NCBI GenBank assembly: GCA_951812525.1
Contig: OX638316.1
Location: 1,706,630-1,770,629, forward strand
From: an uncultured Poribacteria bacterium
GTDB taxonomy: Bacteria; Poribacteria; WGA-4E; WGA-3G
Direction: 5' to 3'
Length of the DNA stretch: 64,000 bases
Positions 53,489 to 62,288 of this stretch are shown here, in pieces (within the stretch, counting starts at the first letter, position 1; the number at the start of each line of letters is the position of its first letter). Position numbers and translations under genes: made by a program. The notes under the pieces were generated by a model. That model was not told the origin of the DNA, searched no databases, and saw only the letters and a list, made by a program, of their open reading frames with translations.

Positions 53489-54388
53489 ATGACAGACCAA
53501 GAAATCAAGACTGCTTATGAACGTGACGGTTATGTGGTGCTCAAGGACATTATTGATAACCGAGATTTGGATCCGATGCGAAATTTCATCAAGGCGAAGG
53601 TTGATGGGTATTGCCGTAAATTGTATAGTGAGGGTAAGATATCGTCGCTTTATGAAAACGAATCCTTTGAACGACGGTATGCTGTGATCTGTGAAGCGTT
53701 GGATATATTACCTCGCAACTGGAGTTTTGGTATGTTCGGGCGCGAGTTTTATGATCTCTACAACCTACCGGGTGTGCTTGATGTGGTGCGGCTTCTTTTG
53801 GGTCCTGAAGTCTCGAATATCGGCATACCTGCGCTACGGACGAAACTCCCGGGCAGCGTAATTACCTCGTTCTCGTGGCATCAAGATAGCCAATATCTCG
53901 ACCAGTCAACTATCGGGAAGAAGGAAAAACACACAGGCGGTCTCCACATGGTTACAGTGTGGGTGCCGCTGGTCGAAGCAACGGTTGAAAATGGATGTTG
54001 CTGGGTTATTCCCGGCAGCCACCGTTGGGGCTTACTCGACGGTGCGCGAGATGCTGATGCGAACATCCGGATGGAGGAAGATGTTGAAGCGCGTGGTACG
54101 CCAGTTGCCATCCCCCTTAAACCCGGTGGTGCCTTGTTCATGTCGAATCTTACCGTCCATAGCAGTAAACTGAACACGACGCGGAAATCCCGATGGAGTA
54201 TCGACTTCCGCTATCTTCCTACCCCTGACCGGGCTGACTTGACTGTTGAGCAGCGTGAAGCAGCAGAATTCGTGTGGAACAAAAATCGTAGGGGCGAGGC
54301 GGTCCCGCTTGTCGTGCTCACTGATGGCCATAAACCGACGTGGGAAGAGTGGGAGGCAGAGGTCTCAGCACAGAAAGCACGTAGATAA
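53489..54388 (+). CDS. Phytanoyl-CoA dioxygenase (PhyH) family protein
   Basis: 299 aa. The N-terminal YERDGYVVLKD, the HxD in WHQDSQY and the distal His in LTVHSS all fit the family. Confidence 0.8.
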   Translation: MTDQEIKTAYERDGYVVLKDIIDNRDLDPMRNFIKAKVDGYCRKLYSEGKISSLYENESFERRYAVICEALDILPRNWSFGMFGREFYDLYNLPGVLDVVRLLLGPEVSNIGIPALRTKLPGSVITSFSWHQDSQYLDQSTIGKKEKHTGGLHMVTVWVPLVEATVENGCCWVIPGSHRWGLLDGARDADANIRMEEDVEARGTPVAIPLKPGGALFMSNLTVHSSKLNTTRKSRWSIDFRYLPTPDRADLTVEQREAAEFVWNKNRRGEAVPLVVLTDGHKPTWEEWEAEVSAQKARR

Positions 54389-54415
54389 TCGGCGACGCAT
54401 GCGGTGAACCCAATG

Positions 54416-55300
54416 CTATTCAGGGAACTGTCGATCAAATGCATCGAACATCGCCTGCGTCCGTCGCTTAACCAGTCCGCGCGACCTATGTCCGTCGCAG
54501 AAGATGTAAAGTTCATCGTTGCGGATGCCGTTTACTACATACTGACCGACCACATCGGGCTCGATTAGCTCAATGTCCAAGCGTTTCAGCCATTGGATTT
54601 TCCGTTGTCGGGTCGCTTCATCATCTTTTGGATTCATGTAAAAAGGTGAGATTTCCGTATTCGCCGAATCGGGACAGAGCACAGAGGCAGAAATGAGCGA
54701 CTTCGGTGGTGTGTCTTCTCCCCATCGGTCGGTTCCGGCACCATACATGTTTTGCCAGCGATCATTAGCGTCCTCACCTGCTAACTCCGCACGCAGGACT
54801 TCGGTCAGTGCGATGACACCGGCTTTGCTAACCCCATACGGAACGCCACGACCCTGTTGCGCGAAACCTGTGATGGAAGCGGTATTGACGATGTGTCCAC
54901 CTTCCCTATGCCGCGCGATTCGTGGAACGAATACCTGAATCCCATTCAGTATGCCATGCAGGTTCGTATCCATCGTCCGGTGCCAATTTTCCCCTGTAAC
55001 CGACACGGCGGGTCCACCACCACCGATACCGGCGTTGTTGCAGACGACATGCACCTTTTCAAACGTCACTTCTGTCCTGTCTGCCGCGGCTTCCATCGCC
55101 TCTTTATCACGCACATCAAGGTTGATAGCGAGGACATTTTCTGGGCTATCCAAAATTGATTCGGCTACTTTGAGTTGTTCGGTTTTGATGTCGGCGATCA
55201 CCACGCGCATCCCTTCCTTCAGGCAGGCTTTAGCAATTCCCAAACCGATCCCCTGAGCACCGCCTGTTATGAATGCAGTTTTACCGGACAAAACGTCCAT
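54416..55300 (-). CDS. SDR family oxidoreductase
   Basis: 294 aa with TGGAQGIGLGIA, NNAG and YGVSK. Confidence 0.85.
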   Translation of the reverse strand: MDVLSGKTAFITGGAQGIGLGIAKACLKEGMRVVIADIKTEQLKVAESILDSPENVLAINLDVRDKEAMEAAADRTEVTFEKVHVVCNNAGIGGGGPAVSVTGENWHRTMDTNLHGILNGIQVFVPRIARHREGGHIVNTASITGFAQQGRGVPYGVSKAGVIALTEVLRAELAGEDANDRWQNMYGAGTDRWGEDTPPKSLISASVLCPDSANTEISPFYMNPKDDEATRQRKIQWLKRLDIELIEPDVVGQYVVNGIRNDELYIFCDGHRSRGLVKRRTQAMFDAFDRQFPE

Positions 55301-55461
55301 AATTAAATCTCCAGTCGATTTTAGAATTATTTAGACACTACAGAGCAAGTGCCCAATCTCCTATATCCCTCTTACCAAGAACAGAGAATTTCGGGGTTTG
55401 CTAATAGGCACTTACTCGTAGATGTCTACATATTCTATAATTTACTGGAGGAAAAAGAAAT

Positions 55462-56007
55462 CTAAAAATAGGCGTGTATACCCGATCCTATGTACACACC
55501 GGCAAGCCCCGTGGATTGGGAGTCGTTGTTTTCCCTGCCAAATCCTTGACCGACTTCTACATTCAAGCCGAGAGGTATCCCGCCGAGTGAAAACACAAGC
55601 TCACCTCCAAAAGCGATGCCAGCTCCTAACCTCGTGGTCAGGTCGTTTCTCTGTATTTCGTACTGTGTGATAGGATCTTCCGTTATTTTTTCATACTGCC
55701 AAGCACCTTCTAAGGTGAAATAAAGTCGGGCTATATTCCATCTGCTTTGATGCTCAAAGATGGCATACGAAACACCCGCCGCTAACATGTGATCGCTGTT
55801 CTGATCGTTAAGGATAAAACGTCCAACGGTTTGAAGATATACAGGTGCTAGTCCGGTATAGCGAAAACTGATTCCACCAAATACCGGGGACGCTCCCTGA
55901 AGTCCGATACCGAAATTTTTGGTGAGATTTGTTTCTTCTGCGTTGACTGAAAAACTGAGGGTTATTCCTACAAGAATGCAGGTTAGACAAAAAATTCTAC
56001 GTATCAT
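55462..56007 (-). CDS. Small outer-membrane beta-barrel protein
   Basis: 181 aa with a signal peptide ending VNAEE, an alternating-strand pattern rich in G/Y, and a C-terminal aromatic residue (GIHAYF) typical of an OMP beta-signal. Confidence 0.6.
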   Translation of the reverse strand: MIRRIFCLTCILVGITLSFSVNAEETNLTKNFGIGLQGASPVFGGISFRYTGLAPVYLQTVGRFILNDQNSDHMLAAGVSYAIFEHQSRWNIARLYFTLEGAWQYEKITEDPITQYEIQRNDLTTRLGAGIAFGGELVFSLGGIPLGLNVEVGQGFGRENNDSQSTGLAGVYIGSGIHAYF

Positions 56008-56025
56008 TGTTTTTTTCCTTTTTGC

Positions 56026-57648
56026 TTATTGGGCAATCAACAACGTTACCCGATTGGATTCGGTGGTAGACGGATGGTACATGAGGATGTCCTGTTTGTT
56101 GTCTTTGTTGACGTTCATTAGCCAGATGTGTCGTTCATCGAAAGGTGTGGCAACCGTTATCTTTTGAGGTCGCTTGATGAATAAATCGGAACCTGGCGCG
56201 CCGGTGTAGACGTGCAGTTCTTTCGGCTCATGTTGTACCAATAGATCGGAACATTTGTCGCCGTTAACATCGCCAATCAACACGGACGAGAAGAGCGTCC
56301 TTCCGCCTGTTTCATCGGATGGATACGATTTAATTTTGTGAGTAATATTTGGGTTTTCAGTATAGGTTCCGTTTTCCATGTGGTAGAATTCAAGATCCAT
56401 GGACACGGCACCTGTCAGAACCGCTCCAATAATCATACTGATAACTTTGAATACACGGGGTTTGATGGTGGTGAACATCATGTCAACCTGTCCATCATGG
56501 TCGAAGTCATGCTGCGCCATCCCGAATGGAATGCCGTCCGAGTATAGCGCGGTGTTGGTATCAAGGGCAAATGTGGTGCCGCCATCAGGTGCTGGCGCGC
56601 CGAGGTAAACCTCATAGGTGGAGTGCATGTGCCATAGACTCCCTCCCTCCAGCGAGAAAACGCCGAGGTCGGCGACACCGTCACCGTTCATGTCTTTTAC
56701 GGTGTGTAGTACTCTCCCTGTTAGGTTTCCAGTCGGTTGATGATCTCTGCGCCGCTGTCGGACGCCGTGTGGTGCTGCGAGCGAGGCAAGATCGTCACAA
56801 TTGAATACTACATCGGTAGTGAAAGTTGTGGCAACTGGGTAAAATAGTCCATGTTTGTCTTGGTGATGTACCTCAAAGTGGTCTACATTCCAAAATACCA
56901 GGTCATTGCGACCATCTCGGTTGTAGTCCACCTCATGGATGTGGCTCTGATTCCAAGGTGTGTATCGGTATTTGTCACCTTCGTAGATGCTATCTACCTC
57001 GGTGGGATAACCGATTTTCACTGGATCAGCGAACGCGCTATCCTGCATCTGGATGAATACCCAGAAGCCATCCAAGCTCGGTACTACTAAATCATCACGA
57101 TCATCGCCATTCACATCTTGAGTGATGTCTACGTGCGGAATGCCACCATTGGGAGCCGGTGTCATGGCAGTAACTGCTACCAGCGCGTGTTCTGTTGCCG
57201 ATTCGGGATCGAACCAGTTTAGATGACCGTCCTCGTACGTGATTAATCTATCGCGTCCATCAATGTTTGCGACATCGACGAACAGTACATCAGGACGCAA
57301 TGTTGTGTCAAGACGCAGTGTCCATCCGTCGTTGTCAAACGCGTAGATGTGCAGGTATTGGTTGTCTTTTCCGGCGCTGTTCAGCACTACAAGTTCGGCG
57401 AAATCACCATCGAAAAGAAAACCTGTCAAAACGGTCTGACGTTTAGCGGAGCCAGTGAAGACCTCGTGCTGCTCGAAAGTGAATTCCGTAGGAGCAAATG
57501 CCAGTGGATCGACCCCTTTGTTGGGCAAAACTGAGCAGCTTGACAGAAATACTCCAATAATGAATACGGAAAACAGACTGAGTTGATAATGTTTGAGGTA
57601 CTCGACTGCCGAAAAAAAGCGTCTTTGGAATAGGTTTCGTTTTTTCAT
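56026..57648 (-). CDS. FG-GAP/integrin-alpha-like repeat lipoprotein, paralog 1
   Basis: 540 aa with the lipobox VFLSSC. It carries repeated Ca-binding DxNxDGxxD loops (DVNGDDRDDLVV, DYNRDGRNDLVF, DMNGDGVADLGV, DFDHDGQVDMMF, DVNGDKCSDLLV, NVNKDNKQDILM). Confidence 0.7.
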   Translation of the reverse strand: MKKRNLFQRRFFSAVEYLKHYQLSLFSVFIIGVFLSSCSVLPNKGVDPLAFAPTEFTFEQHEVFTGSAKRQTVLTGFLFDGDFAELVVLNSAGKDNQYLHIYAFDNDGWTLRLDTTLRPDVLFVDVANIDGRDRLITYEDGHLNWFDPESATEHALVAVTAMTPAPNGGIPHVDITQDVNGDDRDDLVVPSLDGFWVFIQMQDSAFADPVKIGYPTEVDSIYEGDKYRYTPWNQSHIHEVDYNRDGRNDLVFWNVDHFEVHHQDKHGLFYPVATTFTTDVVFNCDDLASLAAPHGVRQRRRDHQPTGNLTGRVLHTVKDMNGDGVADLGVFSLEGGSLWHMHSTYEVYLGAPAPDGGTTFALDTNTALYSDGIPFGMAQHDFDHDGQVDMMFTTIKPRVFKVISMIIGAVLTGAVSMDLEFYHMENGTYTENPNITHKIKSYPSDETGGRTLFSSVLIGDVNGDKCSDLLVQHEPKELHVYTGAPGSDLFIKRPQKITVATPFDERHIWLMNVNKDNKQDILMYHPSTTESNRVTLLIAQ

Positions 57649-57815
57649 TTTATTCTCCTATCGGGTTTTCGATATATTAGCCCAAGTTACTAGGTGTTTA
57701 TTGCGCGTTAGCCAGACCTTTAGATCCCTCTGATATGGGGATTAGCAGTTATGAGGACTCGGTACTTACCATAGTTCTTGGTGGAAGGAGGCTCCTCCTT
57801 CTCACCGAAACGCTT

Positions 57816-58505
57816 TTAATTGCTGACATCCGACAACCGCACAAACTCGTACCCGTCTTGTTTAAGTGCAGTGATGATCCTGTCTGTCGCCTCGACGGTT
57901 CCTAGGCGGTTTGCATTCCTATTTATTGCTTTTCCATCGTGTAGGACGATAATTGAACCCGGTTTTACCTTTCCCAACACTATCTTAGTGATTCTGTCCG
58001 GGTTTTGCGTTGCCCAATCCCAGCTCCATACATTGCAGCTAATGTGTGCGCGCTCCTCTTTCGCGAGCACCCACGCCACCGGTAGAAACCTTGTTAATAT
58101 GGGGGCACGAAACACAATTTCGCCGGTAACACCGATCTGCCGAAGCAGCTTGTCCGTTCGCTCAATTTCCCGCCGGACATAGGATGGCGGCAGCAAACCG
58201 AGCACAGGATGGCTATAGGAATGATTACCGACCTGGTGTCCTTGAGCAATAACGCGGCGGACTGTATCGGGATGCCTTTCAACCTGATTTCCGACCATAA
58301 AGAAAGTAACTTTGACATCGTGCTTAGCGAGGACATCAAGTAACTGATCAGTATAAGGTGGACACGGGCCATCATCATAGGTGAGGGCGACAACCCGTTG
58401 GTTTGTGTTCAGGTGAACAATATTATTTCCGAAGGGTGGTCTAAAGAAAGCCCACAATAGTCCTACTGTTGCTAACCCTGACACAGCAGCGATTATTATT
58501 TTCAT
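57816..58505 (-). CDS. Polysaccharide deacetylase (CE4/NodB homology domain), membrane-anchored
   Basis: 229 aa with an N-terminal transmembrane helix. The NodB motifs are ALTYDDGP, GNHSYSHP and RAP. Confidence 0.85.
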   Translation of the reverse strand: MKIIIAAVSGLATVGLLWAFFRPPFGNNIVHLNTNQRVVALTYDDGPCPPYTDQLLDVLAKHDVKVTFFMVGNQVERHPDTVRRVIAQGHQVGNHSYSHPVLGLLPPSYVRREIERTDKLLRQIGVTGEIVFRAPILTRFLPVAWVLAKEERAHISCNVWSWDWATQNPDRITKIVLGKVKPGSIIVLHDGKAINRNANRLGTVEATDRIITALKQDGYEFVRLSDVSN

Positions 58506-58605
58506 ATTTTTGTCCTCATTAGACTGATTTTTTTGTAGTTTTTATTGAACACGCTATTATTTTCGCGATTGATTGTAATATAGTTCCGAGAATCTTCCGC
58601 TGGAT

Positions 58606-60306
58606 TTATCGGGAAATAAGTATCGTTATTCGATGTGGTTCGGTTCCGAGAGGTTTTATTGGGGCACCGTGCCCATCGCGTAGCGTGAATGGATGGTGCA
58701 TGAGTATATCTTGCATCCCATCCTTGTTGAGGTCCACCAGCCAAGTGTATTCCTCGTCGTTAGGCATAGCAACCCTCACTACCTGTGGCTGCTGGGCGAA
58801 GATTTCAGGTCCTGGCACACCGACGAAAACAACCATAATTTGGGGATGATCCCCGATGAGCAGATCTGCACGACCGTCTCCGGTTACATCTCCGATGAGC
58901 AAAGTTGTGTTGAAGGCGCGCGGATAACTTTTTTCAGTATTCCGGTTCTCGTGCGTTGCTCCTCGAAGTACAACGTCCAGTGGCACCCATCCCGGTTCGC
59001 GATGGCTGGGTACTCCGTCCAATGCTATTCCGCGGATGGTATTGGGTGTGCTGGAGTAGGCTCCTTTCTCCATTTGGTAAAACTCGAGCCCGAGTCCAAT
59101 GTCATCACCCATGAAACCTTTGATCCTTTTCCAAAGGCTGTTCTTGAGGGATTCAATATTGATAGTCGTGATCATTAGGTCGATCTGGCCATCGCGGTTG
59201 AAGTCGTGCGGGTCCATCCCGATCTGGATTTTTTCGTCTGACTCGAACGCGATGTCAGGATCTCGTGCGAATACTGTGCCGCCATCGGGTGTTGGTGCAC
59301 CGAAATGCACCTCGTAGCTGGAGTGCTTATTGGAAATATTCTTGCCCGAAAGCTTGAAAATCATCAAATCGGCGACACCATCGTTGTTCAGATCAGCTAA
59401 CGAGTACAGGACATTTCCTGTCATGTCGCCAGTGGCGAGTGGGGAGAGTTGGTCCGAGTCAAATGCTACATTGGCTATGAAGGTCGTAGCCTTTGATGAA
59501 AACAGTCCGCGCTCATCTTGGAGATGAACCTTAAAGTGGTCCTCGTTCCAGAACACAAGATCGTTGCGTCCATCTCGGTTGAAGTCAATCTCATGAATCC
59601 GACTCTGAGACCAAGGGTCGTATCGATATCCGTCAGCTCCGAGAATCCTATCCATCTCGGCGGAGATGCCAATTTTCACTTTCTCGGCGAATGTGCCGTC
59701 GCTCATCTGGATGCATACCCAAAAGCCATCAACATCTGGCACTACGAGGTCGTCGCGATCGTCTCCGTTCAGATCCCGAGTGATGTCTACATGGGAGATT
59801 ACGTCTCTGCGCGGAGACTGGAAGTTGGAATCAACCGCTGCCAACGGGCGTTCCGTCGCCGATTCGGGATCAAGCCAGCTTATGTAACCACGCTCGTACA
59901 TGATTAATCGGTCGCGTCCATCAATACTTGCCACGTCAACGAACAACACTTCGGGACGCAGCGACACATCATGTTTTGGTGTCCAAGTATCGCCGCTGAA
60001 CGCATAGATGCGCAAGCGGTGGTCGTCGTTTTCGTTGATGTGCAGCACGGCGAGTTCGGCGATAGGCCCATCGAGAAGAAATCCCGTCAGAACGGACTGA
60101 CGTTTCGTTATGCCGGTGACGATTTCGTACCGGTCAAAGATGAATTCCGTGGAAGCAGGCATTTCTGGAGTGAGCACTTCGGATTCAACCGAGCAGCTTG
60201 AAAGAAATACTCCAAACATGAGTATAGGGAACAGACTCCGCCAATAATGTTTTATGCTCTCGGCTTTGGAAAAGAAGCGTTTGTGAACCGAGTTTTGCTT
60301 TTTCAT
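58606..60306 (-). CDS. FG-GAP/integrin-alpha-like repeat lipoprotein, paralog 2
   Basis: 566 aa, collinear with paralog 1 along its whole length. It has the same lipobox VFLSSC and an identical 18-nt start region (GGAGAATAAAATGAAAAA). Confidence 0.7.
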   Translation of the reverse strand: MKKQNSVHKRFFSKAESIKHYWRSLFPILMFGVFLSSCSVESEVLTPEMPASTEFIFDRYEIVTGITKRQSVLTGFLLDGPIAELAVLHINENDDHRLRIYAFSGDTWTPKHDVSLRPEVLFVDVASIDGRDRLIMYERGYISWLDPESATERPLAAVDSNFQSPRRDVISHVDITRDLNGDDRDDLVVPDVDGFWVCIQMSDGTFAEKVKIGISAEMDRILGADGYRYDPWSQSRIHEIDFNRDGRNDLVFWNEDHFKVHLQDERGLFSSKATTFIANVAFDSDQLSPLATGDMTGNVLYSLADLNNDGVADLMIFKLSGKNISNKHSSYEVHFGAPTPDGGTVFARDPDIAFESDEKIQIGMDPHDFNRDGQIDLMITTINIESLKNSLWKRIKGFMGDDIGLGLEFYQMEKGAYSSTPNTIRGIALDGVPSHREPGWVPLDVVLRGATHENRNTEKSYPRAFNTTLLIGDVTGDGRADLLIGDHPQIMVVFVGVPGPEIFAQQPQVVRVAMPNDEEYTWLVDLNKDGMQDILMHHPFTLRDGHGAPIKPLGTEPHRITILISR

Positions 60307-60352
60307 TTTATTCTCCTTTTATGTGTTCTATAAATTTACATATCTAAGTAAG

Positions 60353-60365
60353 TTAACAGTGTTAA
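60353..60365. promoter_or_regulatory. Perfect 13-bp palindrome, candidate TetR operator in the promoter of FG-GAP paralog 2
   Basis: TTAACAgTGTTAA overlaps a possible -35 (reverse strand TTAACA, 17 nt spacer, TATGTA). Confidence 0.4.
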
Positions 60366-60371
60366 TTTTTA

Positions 60372-60415
60372 AACAGAAAAATAAAAAGCTATAAGCTAAC
60401 TTCGCCAGATAGCTT
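60372..60415 (-). terminator. Candidate intrinsic terminator after the TetR gene
   Basis: The reverse-strand RNA forms AAGCUAU / AUAGCUU (7 bp stem, 16 nt loop) followed by UUUAUUUUUCUGUUU. The stem is AU-rich, so it is only moderately convincing. Confidence 0.4.
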
Positions 60416-60420
60416 CAAAT

Positions 60421-61026
60421 CTATGCCTTCAAGCCCTCAATTGTGGTGTCAATGACGGTGTTAATCAATGTATCTTTCTCAGTCCAAGGGAAATCGGGGA
60501 AATCAATCAGGAGCATTGTGACACCGTGAACTGCTGACCACAGCACCTGACCGGTGGTTTCGACATCCATCTGGCGGAATATCTTCTGTTGAATGCATTC
60601 GGAGACCATCGCACGTAAATAATTAAACACTTTTTCGCCAATTGATCCTTCTTGAAGACCCAAGCCCTTCTGGAACTGCGGGCGAATGACAAACGTCAGT
60701 TTGTAATCCTGCGGATATTTTAGACCGAACGCGACATAGACTCGTCCACTTTTTCTCAAGGTCTCGACAGGGTTGCTCGTATCTCTTTTTAGTTGCTCAA
60801 GCGTATTCAATAGACTCAGGAGTGTTTCTTGGCAAACGGAGTCTAAAAGATCTGCCTTATCCTTAAAATGAAGATAAATTGTCGTCGGAGAGTATTCGAT
60901 CTTGTTGGCGATCTTTCGCATGGAGACGTTCTCGTAACCTTCGTTGACAAATAACTCTCGCGCTGCAGAGAGAATCTGCTGCCGTAACTGTTCTTTTTCC
61001 CTTGCTCTTCGTTCTTTCGTACCCAT
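60421..61026 (-). CDS. TetR/AcrR family transcriptional regulator
   Basis: 201 aa. The N-terminal helix-turn-helix reads FVNEGYENVSMRKIANKIEYSPTTIYLHFKDK. Confidence 0.9.
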   Translation of the reverse strand: MGTKERRAREKEQLRQQILSAARELFVNEGYENVSMRKIANKIEYSPTTIYLHFKDKADLLDSVCQETLLSLLNTLEQLKRDTSNPVETLRKSGRVYVAFGLKYPQDYKLTFVIRPQFQKGLGLQEGSIGEKVFNYLRAMVSECIQQKIFRQMDVETTGQVLWSAVHGVTMLLIDFPDFPWTEKDTLINTVIDTTIEGLKA

Positions 61027-61053
61027 TATTTCACCTTTGGTTTACATAGTCAT

Positions 61054-61071
61054 TTAACTTTACACTGTTAA
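61054..61071. promoter_or_regulatory. Operator-like sequence at the TetR gene's own promoter
   Basis: TTAACTTTACACTGTTAA. Its reverse complement begins TTAACAGTGT, matching 10 nt of the 60353-60365 palindrome. It lies directly downstream of the -10. Confidence 0.4.
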
Positions 61072-61099
61072 GTATACCACATATTTTTTTGCTTGTCAA
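61071..61099 (-). promoter_or_regulatory. Sigma70-type promoter of the TetR gene
   Basis: The reverse strand reads TTGACA (61099-61094), a 17 nt spacer, then TATACT (61076-61071). Confidence 0.55.
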
Positions 61100-61481
61100 A
61101 TTTTTTTTCATTTTTTTTATTGTCTATTGTATTTTAAACATAAAGGACACAAGTCTTGGGGGGTTGTTTTGATCTGTTTCATGCCACCACTCTTTGAATT
61201 CCTTGAGGCGCAATCCGTTGCTTTTGGCGGTATTCAGGAAATCCGATATGTGATGCACGAATGCCTGAATTTCTGTAGTTCCGTGAGCTGTTTGAAAGTA
61301 TGCCTGATCCAAACCTGTAAATCAATGGAGATCGTGTGCTGCTACTGCTGTTTGTGCTTGTTCATTTTGAGTAATTATGTTATATTCATTTTCTACAACA
61401 AGAGTTTTAACGACTCTATTCCTACATGAAAATATAGGATTTTGAGTTAGAAATCTCGTAGCATTTTTGCTTGGAAGGAGA

Positions 61482-62288
61482 ATGAAGATGAGAGTTATAA
61501 GTCGAAGTAAGTCTACCCTCGCTTGGTTAATTATTATTACTTTCGGATTGTTGGTCACGGCGATCAGCCATACTGCCGTGCTTGATCCGAAGACTGTTGA
61601 GGTCGCTTACCTCTTTGACGAAGGAAAAGGGACCACTGCTAAGGATATTTCTGAGAATGGTCGAGATGGGGACATATCTGGGGCGAAATATACCAAAGGT
61701 GTGTTCGGAACTTGTCTGGATTACGACGGCAAAGATGATAATCTGGTTGTTACCGGTTACGCTGGGATTGGTGGTACGGATCCTCGAACGACGGTTTTCT
61801 GGGTTAAAGTCGGGGACACGAGAGAACACTCATGGGTAAAATGGGGGCCGAATCTTACGGGAGAGAAATACTACATCCGGGCACATCTGAGAGGCGCGGA
61901 ATGCAACTTGAGAGTTGAAGTTGCCGGTGGACAAAATTACGGAGCAGACAACGTCTGTGATAAGGAATGGCATCACATGGCGGTGGTTTTTCCCAAGGGT
62001 TCGGATGCTGTGAAGGACCATGACCTCTATGTTGACGGTAAACTTCAATCCAAGGAAGGCACCGATCAGGCGATGGACACAAATGATAAGGATCAGGAAG
62101 TGACTATGGGGGACTTTCTGGCGCACCATAATTTTATGTTCGGTCTCTTCGATGAGGTTGCTATCTTCAACGTGGATCTGACTGAAGATCAGATTAAGGC
62201 AATTATGGACAATGGATTACAAGCGGCACTCGGTGTGGACCCACAAGGGAAATTAGCCACCAGTTGGGGGATGCTTAAGAAGTATTAA
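61482..62288 (+). CDS. Secreted LamG/concanavalin-A-like lectin domain protein
   Basis: The track starts at TTG 61467; the ATG at 61482 or 61488 follows GGAAGGAG. It has a signal/anchor helix. LamG-type motifs are GKGTTAKDIS.NG.DG, WHHMAVVF, LYVDGK and FDEVAIFN. Confidence 0.7.
   Translation: MKMRVISRSKSTLAWLIIITFGLLVTAISHTAVLDPKTVEVAYLFDEGKGTTAKDISENGRDGDISGAKYTKGVFGTCLDYDGKDDNLVVTGYAGIGGTDPRTTVFWVKVGDTREHSWVKWGPNLTGEKYYIRAHLRGAECNLRVEVAGGQNYGADNVCDKEWHHMAVVFPKGSDAVKDHDLYVDGKLQSKEGTDQAMDTNDKDQEVTMGDFLAHHNFMFGLFDEVAIFNVDLTEDQIKAIMDNGLQAALGVDPQGKLATSWGMLKKY

Noticed and set aside
57784-57801. The palindrome GAAGGAGG-ct-CCTCCTTC just downstream of the deacetylase gene, considered as a terminator between it and FG-GAP paralog 1.
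   Set aside because: The 2-nt loop is sterically too small and no U-tract follows on the transcribed strand. It may fold as a shorter stem, but the evidence for termination is weak.
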